A stretch of 45,950 bases of DNA, taken from contig JBGGMJ010000196.1 of NCBI GenBank assembly GCA_041288095.1, forward strand, positions 1-45,950. The letters are read 5' to 3'. The position numbers were made by a program, and so were the translations under genes. The DNA is from Myxococcota bacterium (GTDB lineage: Bacteria; Myxococcota; XYA12-FULL-58-9; JALHOP01). A model generated the notes under the pieces. That model saw only the letters and a list, made by a program, of their open reading frames with translations, ran no database searches and was not told the origin of the DNA. Positions 8,370 to 17,117 of this stretch are shown in pieces; positions within the stretch are counted from its first letter, which is position 1, and each line of letters opens with the position of its first letter.

Positions 8370-8853
8370 CACCCTGCTGCTCGTGCGCGGCCTGCTTCGC
8401 GGCGGCTTCGCGGGCCGCCCGGCCATGATCGATCTTTGCCCACATGCTCGCGAAGTCGAACGGCTTGATCGAGGGGGCGCTCTCGTTGTGGCAACGCTGA
8501 CATTGCTCGGCGGTGGGGTCGACGAGGCCGACGGCGCGCGCGAGCTCGCGATCTTTCATGACGAAGGACGGAGAGTAATAACGCCCACCGCCATGGCAGC
8601 TCTCGCACTGCACGCCGGCGAACTTCTGCTCTTCGAGCTCCGCCGGCACCATGGTGTGGCAGCTGTTGCACTTGCCGTCTTTGAGCTGCTCGGGAGTCAG
8701 CGACTGACGCGCCGTGGCGTGCGGGCCCTTGGCCCAGACCTGGTACTCCCAGGTGTGGCAGGTCTGGCAGCGCTTCGCGCCGACGAAAGTCGTCTGGGCG
8801 TAAGCAACCGACGCCGCGAAGAGGACGAAAACGCAAAGGCAGCCCAACCGCAT
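8344..8853 (-). CDS. Periplasmic tetraheme cytochrome c (c554 family-like)
   Basis: Signal peptide; four CxxCH motifs (CQTCH, CNSCH, CESCH, CQRCH); FVGAKRC..CH...Y..W..GPHA and GVQCESCHG patterns. Confidence 0.85.
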   Translation of the reverse strand: MRLGCLCVFVLFAASVAYAQTTFVGAKRCQTCHTWEYQVWAKGPHATARQSLTPEQLKDGKCNSCHTMVPAELEEQKFAGVQCESCHGGGRYYSPSFVMKDRELARAVGLVDPTAEQCQRCHNESAPSIKPFDFASMWAKIDHGRAAREAAAKQAAHEQQGDGQATAGR

Positions 8854-8925
8854 CGGCCACGGCTTGTAGCCCAAATGCCCGTCGGGGCGAAAGGTTCGCG
8901 GCGACATCCGGTCATGGCCCGGGAC

Positions 8926-8952
8926 GCAACTTGGGCCCACCTCTGCCGATAC
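8926..8952 (+). promoter_or_regulatory. sigma28-like promoter motif, copy 1
   Basis: GCAA-N15-GCCGATAC upstream of ATG 9010. Confidence 0.55.
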
Positions 8953-9009
8953 TGGCGATAAGGCCCCCAATCCGTCTTTCCGGGGGGTCTACGACGAGAG
9001 GGTGCGTGG

Positions 9010-9999
9010 ATGGCCAGCCGAGTTGAACGAACCGATGCTGTTGGCGGGAACCTGATCGTCGAGCAGCGGGATGAGCGCCCCGCGGGCGCGCCGGCAACCG
9101 GCAGTGGAGCCGTTGTCTTGCCGCCGGCCCAGCTCATCACCCAGGCGGACCCTAACCTCGGCCTGATCCTCCTACCGTCCTCCGGCGGACGCCGCATCAA
9201 TCCGACGGTCGCCGAACGCGCCCGTGATCAACGCATCTACGGCGTGCTCAATGGTCTAGTCGCCGAGCCGTTGAACGGCATTCGCAGCGCCGGCGGCACC
9301 GGCCCGACCGCCGACACCGTCCGTCGCTATTTCTTCGAGCGGCGCGACGCGGTCGCCAACGGTTTCATGCGCGACCACAAGTTCACCCGCGAACAAGCCG
9401 AAGCAGCCGCCGACCAGTGGGTGGCGCGCAACGTCGCGCGCTGGCAGTACCAGCGCCGCGAGCATCGCGGTGACGGCCTGCGCGCTCTGACCGCAGCCGG
9501 CATGTTGATCGCGATCGCGAACGCTGGCGGGGAGGTTCCTCCTCATCTCTTGGAAGCCGCGCGCGCGACCCAGGCGCGAGTCCGCCAGAGCCTGATCGAG
9601 GCGAGCATGACCCCCGATGCCGACCCGGATGAGGTCGCCGCGCAGGTCGACGCCTATCTGCGAAACATGGGCAGTCGCGTGAACACGACCACCTTCGGCT
9701 GGAGCGAAGGGGTCCGAACGCTCCGCGAGGCTGACTACTACCGTTCGTACAACCCGCCGGCGCAGACCCAGCAAGGCGAGGTGGCTCCGTTCAATCCGCC
9801 GCATTACACGCGAACGCAGCGCGCCGAGGCTTCACCGCTCAGCGAGCACGCGCACTCCGAAGCGATGCGTCGCGCGGACCGGGTGGCGAGCGCGGAGCAC
9901 GCGGTGCGCGTCGGGCAGCGCAAGCAAGACGACATGCGGGCGCACTTGGCGAATCTCGAGGCCGCGGGACGGCCGGTGGGTGGGCCCACGTTTGGGTGA
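9010..9999 (+). CDS. Hypothetical protein (orphan-like, no Sec signal)
   Basis: 329-aa ORF with GAGAGGG SD and genome-like codon usage. Confidence 0.75.
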   Translation: MASRVERTDAVGGNLIVEQRDERPAGAPATGSGAVVLPPAQLITQADPNLGLILLPSSGGRRINPTVAERARDQRIYGVLNGLVAEPLNGIRSAGGTGPTADTVRRYFFERRDAVANGFMRDHKFTREQAEAAADQWVARNVARWQYQRREHRGDGLRALTAAGMLIAIANAGGEVPPHLLEAARATQARVRQSLIEASMTPDADPDEVAAQVDAYLRNMGSRVNTTTFGWSEGVRTLREADYYRSYNPPAQTQQGEVAPFNPPHYTRTQRAEASPLSEHAHSEAMRRADRVASAEHAVRVGQRKQDDMRAHLANLEAAGRPVGGPTFG

Positions 10000-10002
10000 G
10001 CG

Positions 10003-10030
10003 GCGATAGCCGACAGCCGATGACCGATGG
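10003..10030. repeat. Four degenerate heptamer tandem repeats
   Basis: gcgatag-ccgacag-ccgatga-ccgatgg between convergent genes. Confidence 0.55.
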
Positions 10031-10127
10031 CCCGCGTCTCCGCTAAAGCGGAAGCGACTCGACGATAACTCATCCCACCGCGACGACTGGTGGTGGCTCA
10101 GGCGTCGCGGCGGGATGAAGCTTTGGA

Positions 10128-11204
10128 CTACTGAAACGCTCGCGGGCCAACTGGCATTGGCCGCGTGAGCTGCACACCAGGCGGGACGCCGGCGCCCGGC
10201 ACCATCGGGGGCGCGGTCACCTGCGGCATTGGACGCATTCCGCCGGGCGGAATGCCCGTACCTTGCGGTACGGTATAGCGGCCAGGTGCTACCTGACCAG
10301 GCGGCACCATGGTTTGACCGGACGGTCCCCAGCAGGTGTCGCGGATGCCCATCACACGCTTCACGACAGCACCGACGGTGTTGTCGAAGAAGCCGATGAG
10401 ACCGTTGTTGTACGGACGGCAGGAGCCATTGGGGCCCATCATTCCGGGGGGGACGCCACCAGGACCCGGCGGCAAGCCGCGCGGCGGAATCACGCCCTGC
10501 TGGTACGGATACGCACCAGGCGCCTGCGGGCCCATCGGCATTTGCGGACCCATCTGCGGACCTTGCGGACCGCCAACCTGGAGCTGCTGCCCCTGACCCA
10601 AGATGCGGTCGAGGAAGCTGCCCTGATCTTGCGGCACGCCAGGCGCCATCACACCGGGTGCGACAACGCCGGGAGCAACGACGCCCGGAGCGATCACGCC
10701 GGGCGAGACGCCACCGGGACGCACGGGCATCCCGGGCACGACTGGGCTGGTGGGAACACCAGGCACGGCTGGAGTGCCCCCGGGCAGGAGAACGCCGGGA
10801 CGGGTAACACCAAGACCGTTACTCACGCCCAGGTTGGTGCCGGCGCCAACCGGAGGCATCGTCGGCCCTGCTAGAGCCGGCACGCCGCCGGGACGGATGG
10901 GCGTGAGGCCACCGGGAGAGATCATCCCGGGAGACGGCACGCCTCGAACCGGCACACCCCCGATACCTGGCACAGCGCCGATACCGGGCCGCGGCACGGT
11001 TGGCACCATGCGGCCGGGCGCAGGGAGGCCAGGCAGCGCGGGCGGAAGCCGCGGCGCCATGACTGGAGGAAGCCTTGGAGCTAACGGAATACTCGGCGCA
11101 ATCGGCAACCTTGCGCCGCCAAGCGGAACCGGGATCGGGCGAGCTAGCTGCCCCGGGCCTGCCCTCAAAAAAGGCACAGCACCAGGGCCGAAGAACCCAG
11201 ACAT
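10128..11204 (-). CDS. Pro/Gly/Val-rich low-complexity protein
   Basis: ATG 11204 with GAGGAG SD; xAPGV tandem pentapeptides; upstream promoter-like motif. Confidence 0.75.
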   Translation of the reverse strand: MSGFFGPGAVPFLRAGPGQLARPIPVPLGGARLPIAPSIPLAPRLPPVMAPRLPPALPGLPAPGRMVPTVPRPGIGAVPGIGGVPVRGVPSPGMISPGGLTPIRPGGVPALAGPTMPPVGAGTNLGVSNGLGVTRPGVLLPGGTPAVPGVPTSPVVPGMPVRPGGVSPGVIAPGVVAPGVVAPGVMAPGVPQDQGSFLDRILGQGQQLQVGGPQGPQMGPQMPMGPQAPGAYPYQQGVIPPRGLPPGPGGVPPGMMGPNGSCRPYNNGLIGFFDNTVGAVVKRVMGIRDTCWGPSGQTMVPPGQVAPGRYTVPQGTGIPPGGMRPMPQVTAPPMVPGAGVPPGVQLTRPMPVGPRAFQ

Positions 11205-11285
11205 CGTTCGGTCTCCTCGGCGAGACCGTATCTGGTGGTGCCCCATGCACCGCGCGAGTCCGGCCCCGCTATGTACTCGGGATCG

Positions 11286-11312
11286 GTATCGGCGGCCCCC
11301 AGGCCGAAGTGC
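11286..11312 (-). promoter_or_regulatory. sigma28-like promoter motif, copy 2
   Basis: Minus strand GCAC-N15-GCCGATAC upstream of ATG 11204. Confidence 0.55.
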
Positions 11313-11421
11313 GTACTTTTGCTGCTAGAGGATGGAGTAACGCACTTTTTTACGCAGCTAATACAGGCGGATGGCGGGCGACGCGATCACTCACGCCGCC
11401 CTGCCAACATCCGTTACGACT

Positions 11422-11847
11422 TCAACCCACGCGCCACATGATCGACACGACAACCATCCAAACGCCCACGCCAATGGCGGCGAGGCCGAACTTGGTCTGG
11501 TACGGCGCAAGCTTCGCGACCGTCTGATCCATGCGCTTGTTGGCTTCGGGATTCTTCACGAACGTCTTGAAGATACCAACGCCGAGCAAGATGCCGAGGG
11601 CCAGCTGCAACACGGCGCTGACGGTGAAGGTGATCCAGAAGATCGGCACGATGGTGAGCCAGTTCATGTTCAGGACCGCGCTGATCACGCCCCACAAACC
11701 CCAGATCGCCGAGACCGCCCCGATCCAACCCTGGTATGGCACCAGCTTGTCGATGGCTTCCTTCGCGTCCGGGCGCTTCGAGACGATGAGCGTCGCCGCG
11801 CCGAGAATCCCCAAGACAGCAAGCCAAATGCCCGAGACTAGACCCAC
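11422..11847 (-). CDS. Small integral membrane protein (about 4 TM)
   Basis: Hydrophobic helices; internal repeat KLVPYQ/KLAPYQ; GTG start with AGGAG SD. Confidence 0.85.
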   Translation of the reverse strand: MGLVSGIWLAVLGILGAATLIVSKRPDAKEAIDKLVPYQGWIGAVSAIWGLWGVISAVLNMNWLTIVPIFWITFTVSAVLQLALGILLGVGIFKTFVKNPEANKRMDQTVAKLAPYQTKFGLAAIGVGVWMVVVSIMWRVG

Positions 11848-11920
11848 GTTCTCTCCTGTTAACGATGAAAACTGCTATCGGGCGACAGCGTAGCACCAAA
11901 ACGCAGGGTCGTTGGAAGAC

Positions 11921-12916
11921 CTAACTTTGCGTGGTCGCTGCCAGGTCGTCGAAGCGCTTCCAACGATAGATCGCGACGGAGACGAGCCAGCTGCCCATGA
12001 ACAGGGCCACGACGACGGCGCCCAGGCTCGCGAGGCTCTGGTTGACTCCCTGGACCGTCCGCCAAAACGGTCCATCGAGCTCGAGCTTCTCGGCGACCAG
12101 ATGCAACGCCTCGACGCCGCCAAGGCCCAAGGCAACGGCGACCGAAGCACCGGTCATGGTGAGGTTGTACCAAAGCTTACGCGCCGGCCGGACGAACGCC
12201 CAGCGGTAGGCGCGAACCATCAAGATGCTGTCGGTGGTGTCGACCAACGCCATCCCCGCGGTGAACAGGGCCGGGAAGATCATCACCTCGTGCACCCTCA
12301 AGCCGCCGGCGGCGCTGCTCGCCGACATGCCGAGCAGGCCGACCTCGGTCGCGGTGTCGAAGCCAAGCCCGAAGAGAAACCCCAAGGGGTACATGTGCGC
12401 GGCGCGGCCGATGGCTCCGAAGGTGCCACCGAAGATCCGGGACAACAGGCCACCGGGAGCAAACCCGGGCTCGAGCGGCTCGCCGCGCTGCGCTCGCACG
12501 AAGGCGCGCCAGATTCCCCGGAGCACCACGAGATTGAGCACACCGACCAGCAGCAGGAAGGTGGCCGAGGTCGCCGCCCCGACGAACGCCCCGATGCGCG
12601 CGACCTCCGCGAGGAGCTCTTGGAAGTGCGTAGCGGCGCTCGCCACGACCGCCGTCGCCAGCACCACCACCGTGGCGTGGCCGAGCGAGAAGTACAGGCC
12701 GACGTGCTCGGCTCGCTTGTTCTCCTGCACCAGCTTGCGCACCACGTTGTCGATTGCCGCGATGTGGTCGGCGTCGACGGCGTGACGGAGGCCGAAAACG
12801 TACGCGAGCAGCGCCATCGCGAGGAGCGCAGGCCGGTCCGCGAACGCGGCATATGCCCACAACCAAGCCGCGAGGTTTGCCGCTGCTAGGCCCACGTAGG
12901 TCGGCGTGAGGCTCAT
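11921..12916 (-). CDS. HoxN/HupN/NixA (NiCoT) nickel/cobalt permease
   Basis: GLRHAVDADHIAAID, FSLGHATVV, LGFLFGLGFDTATE. Confidence 0.93.
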   Translation of the reverse strand: MSLTPTYVGLAAANLAAWLWAYAAFADRPALLAMALLAYVFGLRHAVDADHIAAIDNVVRKLVQENKRAEHVGLYFSLGHATVVVLATAVVASAATHFQELLAEVARIGAFVGAATSATFLLLVGVLNLVVLRGIWRAFVRAQRGEPLEPGFAPGGLLSRIFGGTFGAIGRAAHMYPLGFLFGLGFDTATEVGLLGMSASSAAGGLRVHEVMIFPALFTAGMALVDTTDSILMVRAYRWAFVRPARKLWYNLTMTGASVAVALGLGGVEALHLVAEKLELDGPFWRTVQGVNQSLASLGAVVVALFMGSWLVSVAIYRWKRFDDLAATTQS

Positions 12917-13710
12917 GCGACCGTCCGCAAAAACGCACTGCCGTTCGCGTACGGCGCGAAGGCGACATCGGGCGGCGCGACACCATGTGTCCGGGCGAGC
13001 ATGGAGATCGTCTCCGCGAGATCAGCCGACCCTTCGAGCCCGTGCCCGAGCTCGATGACGACACCGCTCGAGCGGACCCGGCACCGCACCACCGCGCCGG
13101 CACCGAAACGCGAGCGCAGCAACGTCTCCGCTGCCTCGACGAAGCGCAGCCTCGTCGTCGAGATGGGGATCCCGGTCTCGATGCGGCTCGACAGACAGGG
13201 CGAGGCGGGCAACTCGGCGACCTCGGCGAGCCCCAGAGCCCGGGCGAGCTCCCGCACCGCGGCCTTCGTCATCCCGGCCTCGACGAACGGATGCACCACG
13301 CCGGCGTCACGCGCGGCGGCGAGGCCCGGTCGGTATTCGCCGAGGTCATCGCGGTTGGTTCCCGAGAGCAGCTGCCGATCCGTCGCCCGGCGCATGGCGG
13401 CGTAGAGGTCGGTCTTGCAGAAGAAACAACGATTCACGGGGTTCGCTAGGTAAAGGGGATCTTCGAGCTCGCGCGCGTCGATGCAACGCAGGTCCCAGTC
13501 GCGCGCCGCCGCCAAGTGCTCGAGTCGTTGGCGCGCATCACCGGGGACCGCCGGCGATACCGCGTGCAACAGGGCGACCCGCTCGCGGCCGAGTTGCTCA
13601 TGAGCGAATGCCGCCAAGGTCACGCTATCGACGCCGCCACTCACCGCGACCGCGACGGGCCCCAAACGGCGCAGGGTCTCGGCGAGCGCTGACCTCTCGG
13701 AGGACGACAT
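12913..13710 (-). CDS. larE: LarE-like PP-loop ATP-dependent sulfur transferase
   Basis: SGGVDS PP-loop, NPVNRCFFCK, GTNRDDLGEYRPGL, PASPCLSSRI. Confidence 0.8.
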   Translation of the reverse strand: MSSSERSALAETLRRLGPVAVAVSGGVDSVTLAAFAHEQLGRERVALLHAVSPAVPGDARQRLEHLAAARDWDLRCIDARELEDPLYLANPVNRCFFCKTDLYAAMRRATDRQLLSGTNRDDLGEYRPGLAAARDAGVVHPFVEAGMTKAAVRELARALGLAEVAELPASPCLSSRIETGIPISTTRLRFVEAAETLLRSRFGAGAVVRCRVRSSGVVIELGHGLEGSADLAETISMLARTHGVAPPDVAFAPYANGSAFLRTVA

Positions 13711-13735
13711 CGGCCGTCGTCGTATCTCCGCGCGC

Positions 13736-14290
13736 TCAACCTTGCAACGAGCTTTCGGCGCGGGGCTGGCTTTCGATCCACGTGAGCACGAAGCGGTTGT
13801 AGTTGGCGCCGCCGATGATGAGCGGCTTCACCTCGCAGCTCGTCACGGTAGCCGCACCGTAAACCTCGATGACGCCGCGCAAGTAGCCCTCGATGAGGGC
13901 CGCCGGCTGCGCGATGCCGGCGACGATGGCGACCCTGCCCGGCTGGAACGACTCGGTACGGACGAGGTCACGCGCCGGCGCCCCATGAATGAACGAATTG
14001 AAGAGCGCGCCCCAATCGCTCAAGATCTGCTCGAGGTTCATGAAGCCGAGCTTGGCGTAGCTCTCGCGCGCCTCGGAGACGAGACGCTTGCCGATGGAAA
14101 CCAAGGTTTCCCGTGGAAGCCGGGCTGCAACGGTTTGCATCATATCCGTGAAGTCGTCCCACGGATAAAGTGCCTCCGGCTCCATTTCGGCAATGCGACG
14201 CCGAACCTGCGGGAACAGGACCGAGCTCGTATTCTCGAGCATGTTGCTCACCACGAGCTTGAAGAACAACCCGGGTAGTCGGCCCGGCAT
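13736..14290 (-). CDS. Hypothetical protein, possible H-NOX/V4R-like ligand-binding fold
   Basis: PEALYPW motif, IGKRL helix, IEGYLRGVI, terminal FVLTW strand; AAGGGGA SD. Confidence 0.6.
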   Translation of the reverse strand: MPGRLPGLFFKLVVSNMLENTSSVLFPQVRRRIAEMEPEALYPWDDFTDMMQTVAARLPRETLVSIGKRLVSEARESYAKLGFMNLEQILSDWGALFNSFIHGAPARDLVRTESFQPGRVAIVAGIAQPAALIEGYLRGVIEVYGAATVTSCEVKPLIIGGANYNRFVLTWIESQPRAESSLQG

Positions 14291-14410
14291 CGTCGTCCCC
14301 TTTGGAGCTTGCTGCCGCGCACCCTAGGCCGAGCGCGCGCTTCATCATCAAAGAATACGGGCGGCGCAAATCGATGGATCGTCGAGGCGTCCGAAAGCCA
14401 AAGCCTCCTG

Positions 14411-14794
14411 TCAGTGTTTTACCAGCTGATGACCACGCGTCTGCTCCATGCCGTGGGCCATGGTGAAGCTGCAAAACGTATAGGCGTCGTCTTCGGGGCC
14501 GGTGAGACAATCGTAGACCCAGCGAGCTGCCTCTGGGTCGTCGGGGTCGGGCGACGCGTGCACCAGCAACACTTGCTTCGGATCGATCTGAATCTGCGCG
14601 ATGAGCGCCTTACCGATGAGCACGTGGCAGATGCAGTCACCCTCGCGCGTTTGAAAAACATCCCAATGCGCGAGGTCGTGATCCTTGATGAGAGCGTCGC
14701 CCACCGAGGCTTCGAGGATGCAGGTGGTGTGGCCCGTGAGCCAGCTCCAGAACGTCTCGAACGCGAGGGGACTTGCAGCAGCGGTACCGGCCAT
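14411..14794 (-). CDS. Conserved-looking hypothetical protein (myxobacterial type)
   Basis: Strong GGAGGGA SD before ATG 14794; FETFWSWL..H..CIL, DHD..HW, F.MAHG. Confidence 0.7.
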   Translation of the reverse strand: MAGTAAASPLAFETFWSWLTGHTTCILEASVGDALIKDHDLAHWDVFQTREGDCICHVLIGKALIAQIQIDPKQVLLVHASPDPDDPEAARWVYDCLTGPEDDAYTFCSFTMAHGMEQTRGHQLVKH

Positions 14795-14869
14795 TCCCTC
14801 CTGCATAGCGTCGCGCCGTCATTGCGACAAGGGTGTGATCGGCGCTGCAACCGGCTATTGAGCCGCTCC

Positions 14870-16147
14870 ATGAAAAACTTCGCGATCGCGGCGTTGCTTC
14901 TCGCCGCAACCCCCGCCTCCGCCAAAGACGTCGTCATTCACGCCGGCAAGCTCATCGACGGCACGAGCAAGAGCGTACGCACCAAGGTGTCGGTCGTCAT
15001 CAAGGACGACCGCATCACCAAGGTCGAGAACGGCTTCGTCGACGCCGGCAAGGCCGAGCTCATCGATCTGTCGAACGCCACCGTGCTGCCTGGGCTCATC
15101 GACGCGCATGTTCACATCACCGCCGAGTTCGACGGCGGTAATCCGATCGCCCAGCACGTGACGCGCACGCGCTTGTACGACGCCTTTGCTTCGGTGGCCT
15201 TCGCTCGGCGCACGCTCGAAGCCGGCTTCACGACGGTGCGAGACGCTGGAGCGGACACCGACCTCGTGGTGGCGATGAAGCGAGCCATCGAGCAGGGACA
15301 CATCGCCGGACCGCGCTTGTTCGTCGCCGGTGCGCCGCTCGGACCGACCGGTGGCCACGGCGATTCGGCCAACGGGCTCGACCCGGAGCTCACGCATCCG
15401 CGTTGGCCGGAGAACATCGTCGATAGTCCCGAGGCCGCGCGCCGCCTCGTGCGCGACTTTCATCGTCGCGGCGTCGACCAGATCAAGATCATGCCGTCCG
15501 GTGGTGTGCTCTCGATCGGCGACGACCCGACCATGCAGCTGATGGCCGATGACGAGATCAAAGCGGTCATCGACACGGCGCACAACCTGGGGATGAAGGT
15601 CATGGCGCACGCGCACGGAAAACGGGCCATCGACCGATCCATCGAGCTCGGCGTCGACTCGATCGAGCACGGCACGTACGCTGACGCGGACTCCTACAAG
15701 CTCTTCAAGAAGCACGGGGTCTACCTGGTGCCGACCATGTTGATCGCGCAGGCGGTCTACGAGGTGGCGCAGAAACACCCCGAGCAGCTCCCGCCCTCCT
15801 CCGCCGAGAAAGCGCTCGCGACTGTACCGCGCATGCACAAGAACGTGACCGATGCGTACAAGGCGGGCGTGAAGTTCGCCTACGGCACCGACCAGGCCTT
15901 GGTGCCGCACGGCCGCAACGCCGAAGAGTTCGCGCTGCTCGTCAAAGCGGGCTTCACGCCCATCGACGCCATCCTGGCCGCGACCCAGAACGGCGCGGCG
16001 CTCCTCGGGCAGAGTCAGAATCTCGGCTCGGTGCAAGCGGGACGGTTCGCCGACATCATCGCCGTGAGCGGTGACCCGCTCGCCGACGTCACCGAGCTGC
16101 AGCGGGTGAAGTTCGTGATGAAGGGTGGCCAGGTCGTGCGGCGCTGA
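14870..16147 (+). CDS. Secreted metal-dependent amidohydrolase (prolidase-like subgroup)
   Basis: Signal peptide; PGLIDAHVH, GFTTVRDAG, IKIM, MAHAHG, SIEHG, YGTD, GRFADII. Confidence 0.92.
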   Translation: MKNFAIAALLLAATPASAKDVVIHAGKLIDGTSKSVRTKVSVVIKDDRITKVENGFVDAGKAELIDLSNATVLPGLIDAHVHITAEFDGGNPIAQHVTRTRLYDAFASVAFARRTLEAGFTTVRDAGADTDLVVAMKRAIEQGHIAGPRLFVAGAPLGPTGGHGDSANGLDPELTHPRWPENIVDSPEAARRLVRDFHRRGVDQIKIMPSGGVLSIGDDPTMQLMADDEIKAVIDTAHNLGMKVMAHAHGKRAIDRSIELGVDSIEHGTYADADSYKLFKKHGVYLVPTMLIAQAVYEVAQKHPEQLPPSSAEKALATVPRMHKNVTDAYKAGVKFAYGTDQALVPHGRNAEEFALLVKAGFTPIDAILAATQNGAALLGQSQNLGSVQAGRFADIIAVSGDPLADVTELQRVKFVMKGGQVVRR

Positions 16148-17117
16148 GACAACTCTCGCGCAAGACACTTTCGGCGAAGCGGCCGCGCGGAGAGAAACCG
16201 AGCCGCCCTTCGTTCAGCGTCGTGTCGTCGGTGAACCACTTCCACCAGTAGATACGGCGCACGCGCGGCGAGCGACCGAAGGTATCGATGATGGCGCGAT
16301 AGCCGTCGGCCTGCTCCTTGTCGCCAGCGTACGACGGGTCCTCGCCGGTCACCCATTCCGGCCACACATAGGGAATGTCGCGTGCGCCGACGCGGTTCAT
16401 CAAGCCGGTTTCCGTGATGATGATCGGCTTGTCCGCTTTGGCGGCAACCGTCTCGTAACGCAACAACCAGTTGCTCGTTTCGAGCGCCGCGTAGAGCGAG
16501 ATGCCGATGGCGTCGACCAGCGGCCAAAAGCTCACCTGCTCGACCTCGTCCCAATTGGCCGCATAGACGACGGTGCCGCCGTAGATCTTGCGGACCTCGG
16601 CGATTGTCGCGCGCCATTCTTCCGGAGCCTGTTTCGTCGAGGTCTTGAGCTCGACACCGACGATGAGGACCTCGATGTCCGCTTCAGCGGCCATGCGCGC
16701 GTTGGCGAGGATGAACTCGCGATACGAGGCGAACCAAGTCGGCCAGCCGCTCGCCGGAGCGATGTCGCCGCACCATTCGCCATTCAAGAGATAGATCTGC
16801 GGCTTGAGCATCACCGTGAGGCCGCGCTCGTGAGCTTGTCGCGCCACGGCGCGTGCGGACTCCAGCGTCTCGGTGCCGGGCAGATCCTGCGGCCGCACTC
16901 CTCGGTCATGGAAACCGTCCATGAACGCGAAGGTGCCGATGGTGACACCGCGCATGCCCATGGCCGCGAGCTCGTCGAGAGCGCGGCCCGAAGCGTGCGT
17001 GCCGTAACCGCTCGAGCCGCCGGCGAACCAGCTATGCGCGAGGCTCATGCCGCAGGCGCGGTCATCGGTTTTGGGCTTGTTGCACGCGAGCAGAGCCAAT
17101 AAAGACGCGACCACCAT
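16089..17117 (-). CDS. Glycoside hydrolase family 113-like lipoprotein
   Basis: VMLKPQI, VGVEL, YAANWDE...FW..VDAIG, KPIIITETG; lipobox LLAC; start could alternatively be 17165. Confidence 0.8.
   Translation of the reverse strand: MVVASLLALLACNKPKTDDRACGMSLAHSWFAGGSSGYGTHASGRALDELAAMGMRGVTIGTFAFMDGFHDRGVRPQDLPGTETLESARAVARQAHERGLTVMLKPQIYLLNGEWCGDIAPASGWPTWFASYREFILANARMAAEADIEVLIVGVELKTSTKQAPEEWRATIAEVRKIYGGTVVYAANWDEVEQVSFWPLVDAIGISLYAALETSNWLLRYETVAAKADKPIIITETGLMNRVGARDIPYVWPEWVTGEDPSYAGDKEQADGYRAIIDTFGRSPRVRRIYWWKWFTDDTTLNEGRLGFSPRGRFAESVLRESCLSAARPGHPSSRTSPAAAR

Noticed and set aside
10042..10068. GCTAAAG...GACGATAA sigma28-like element
   Set aside because: TAAA-to--10 spacing is 13 rather than 15, and there is no sense gene downstream
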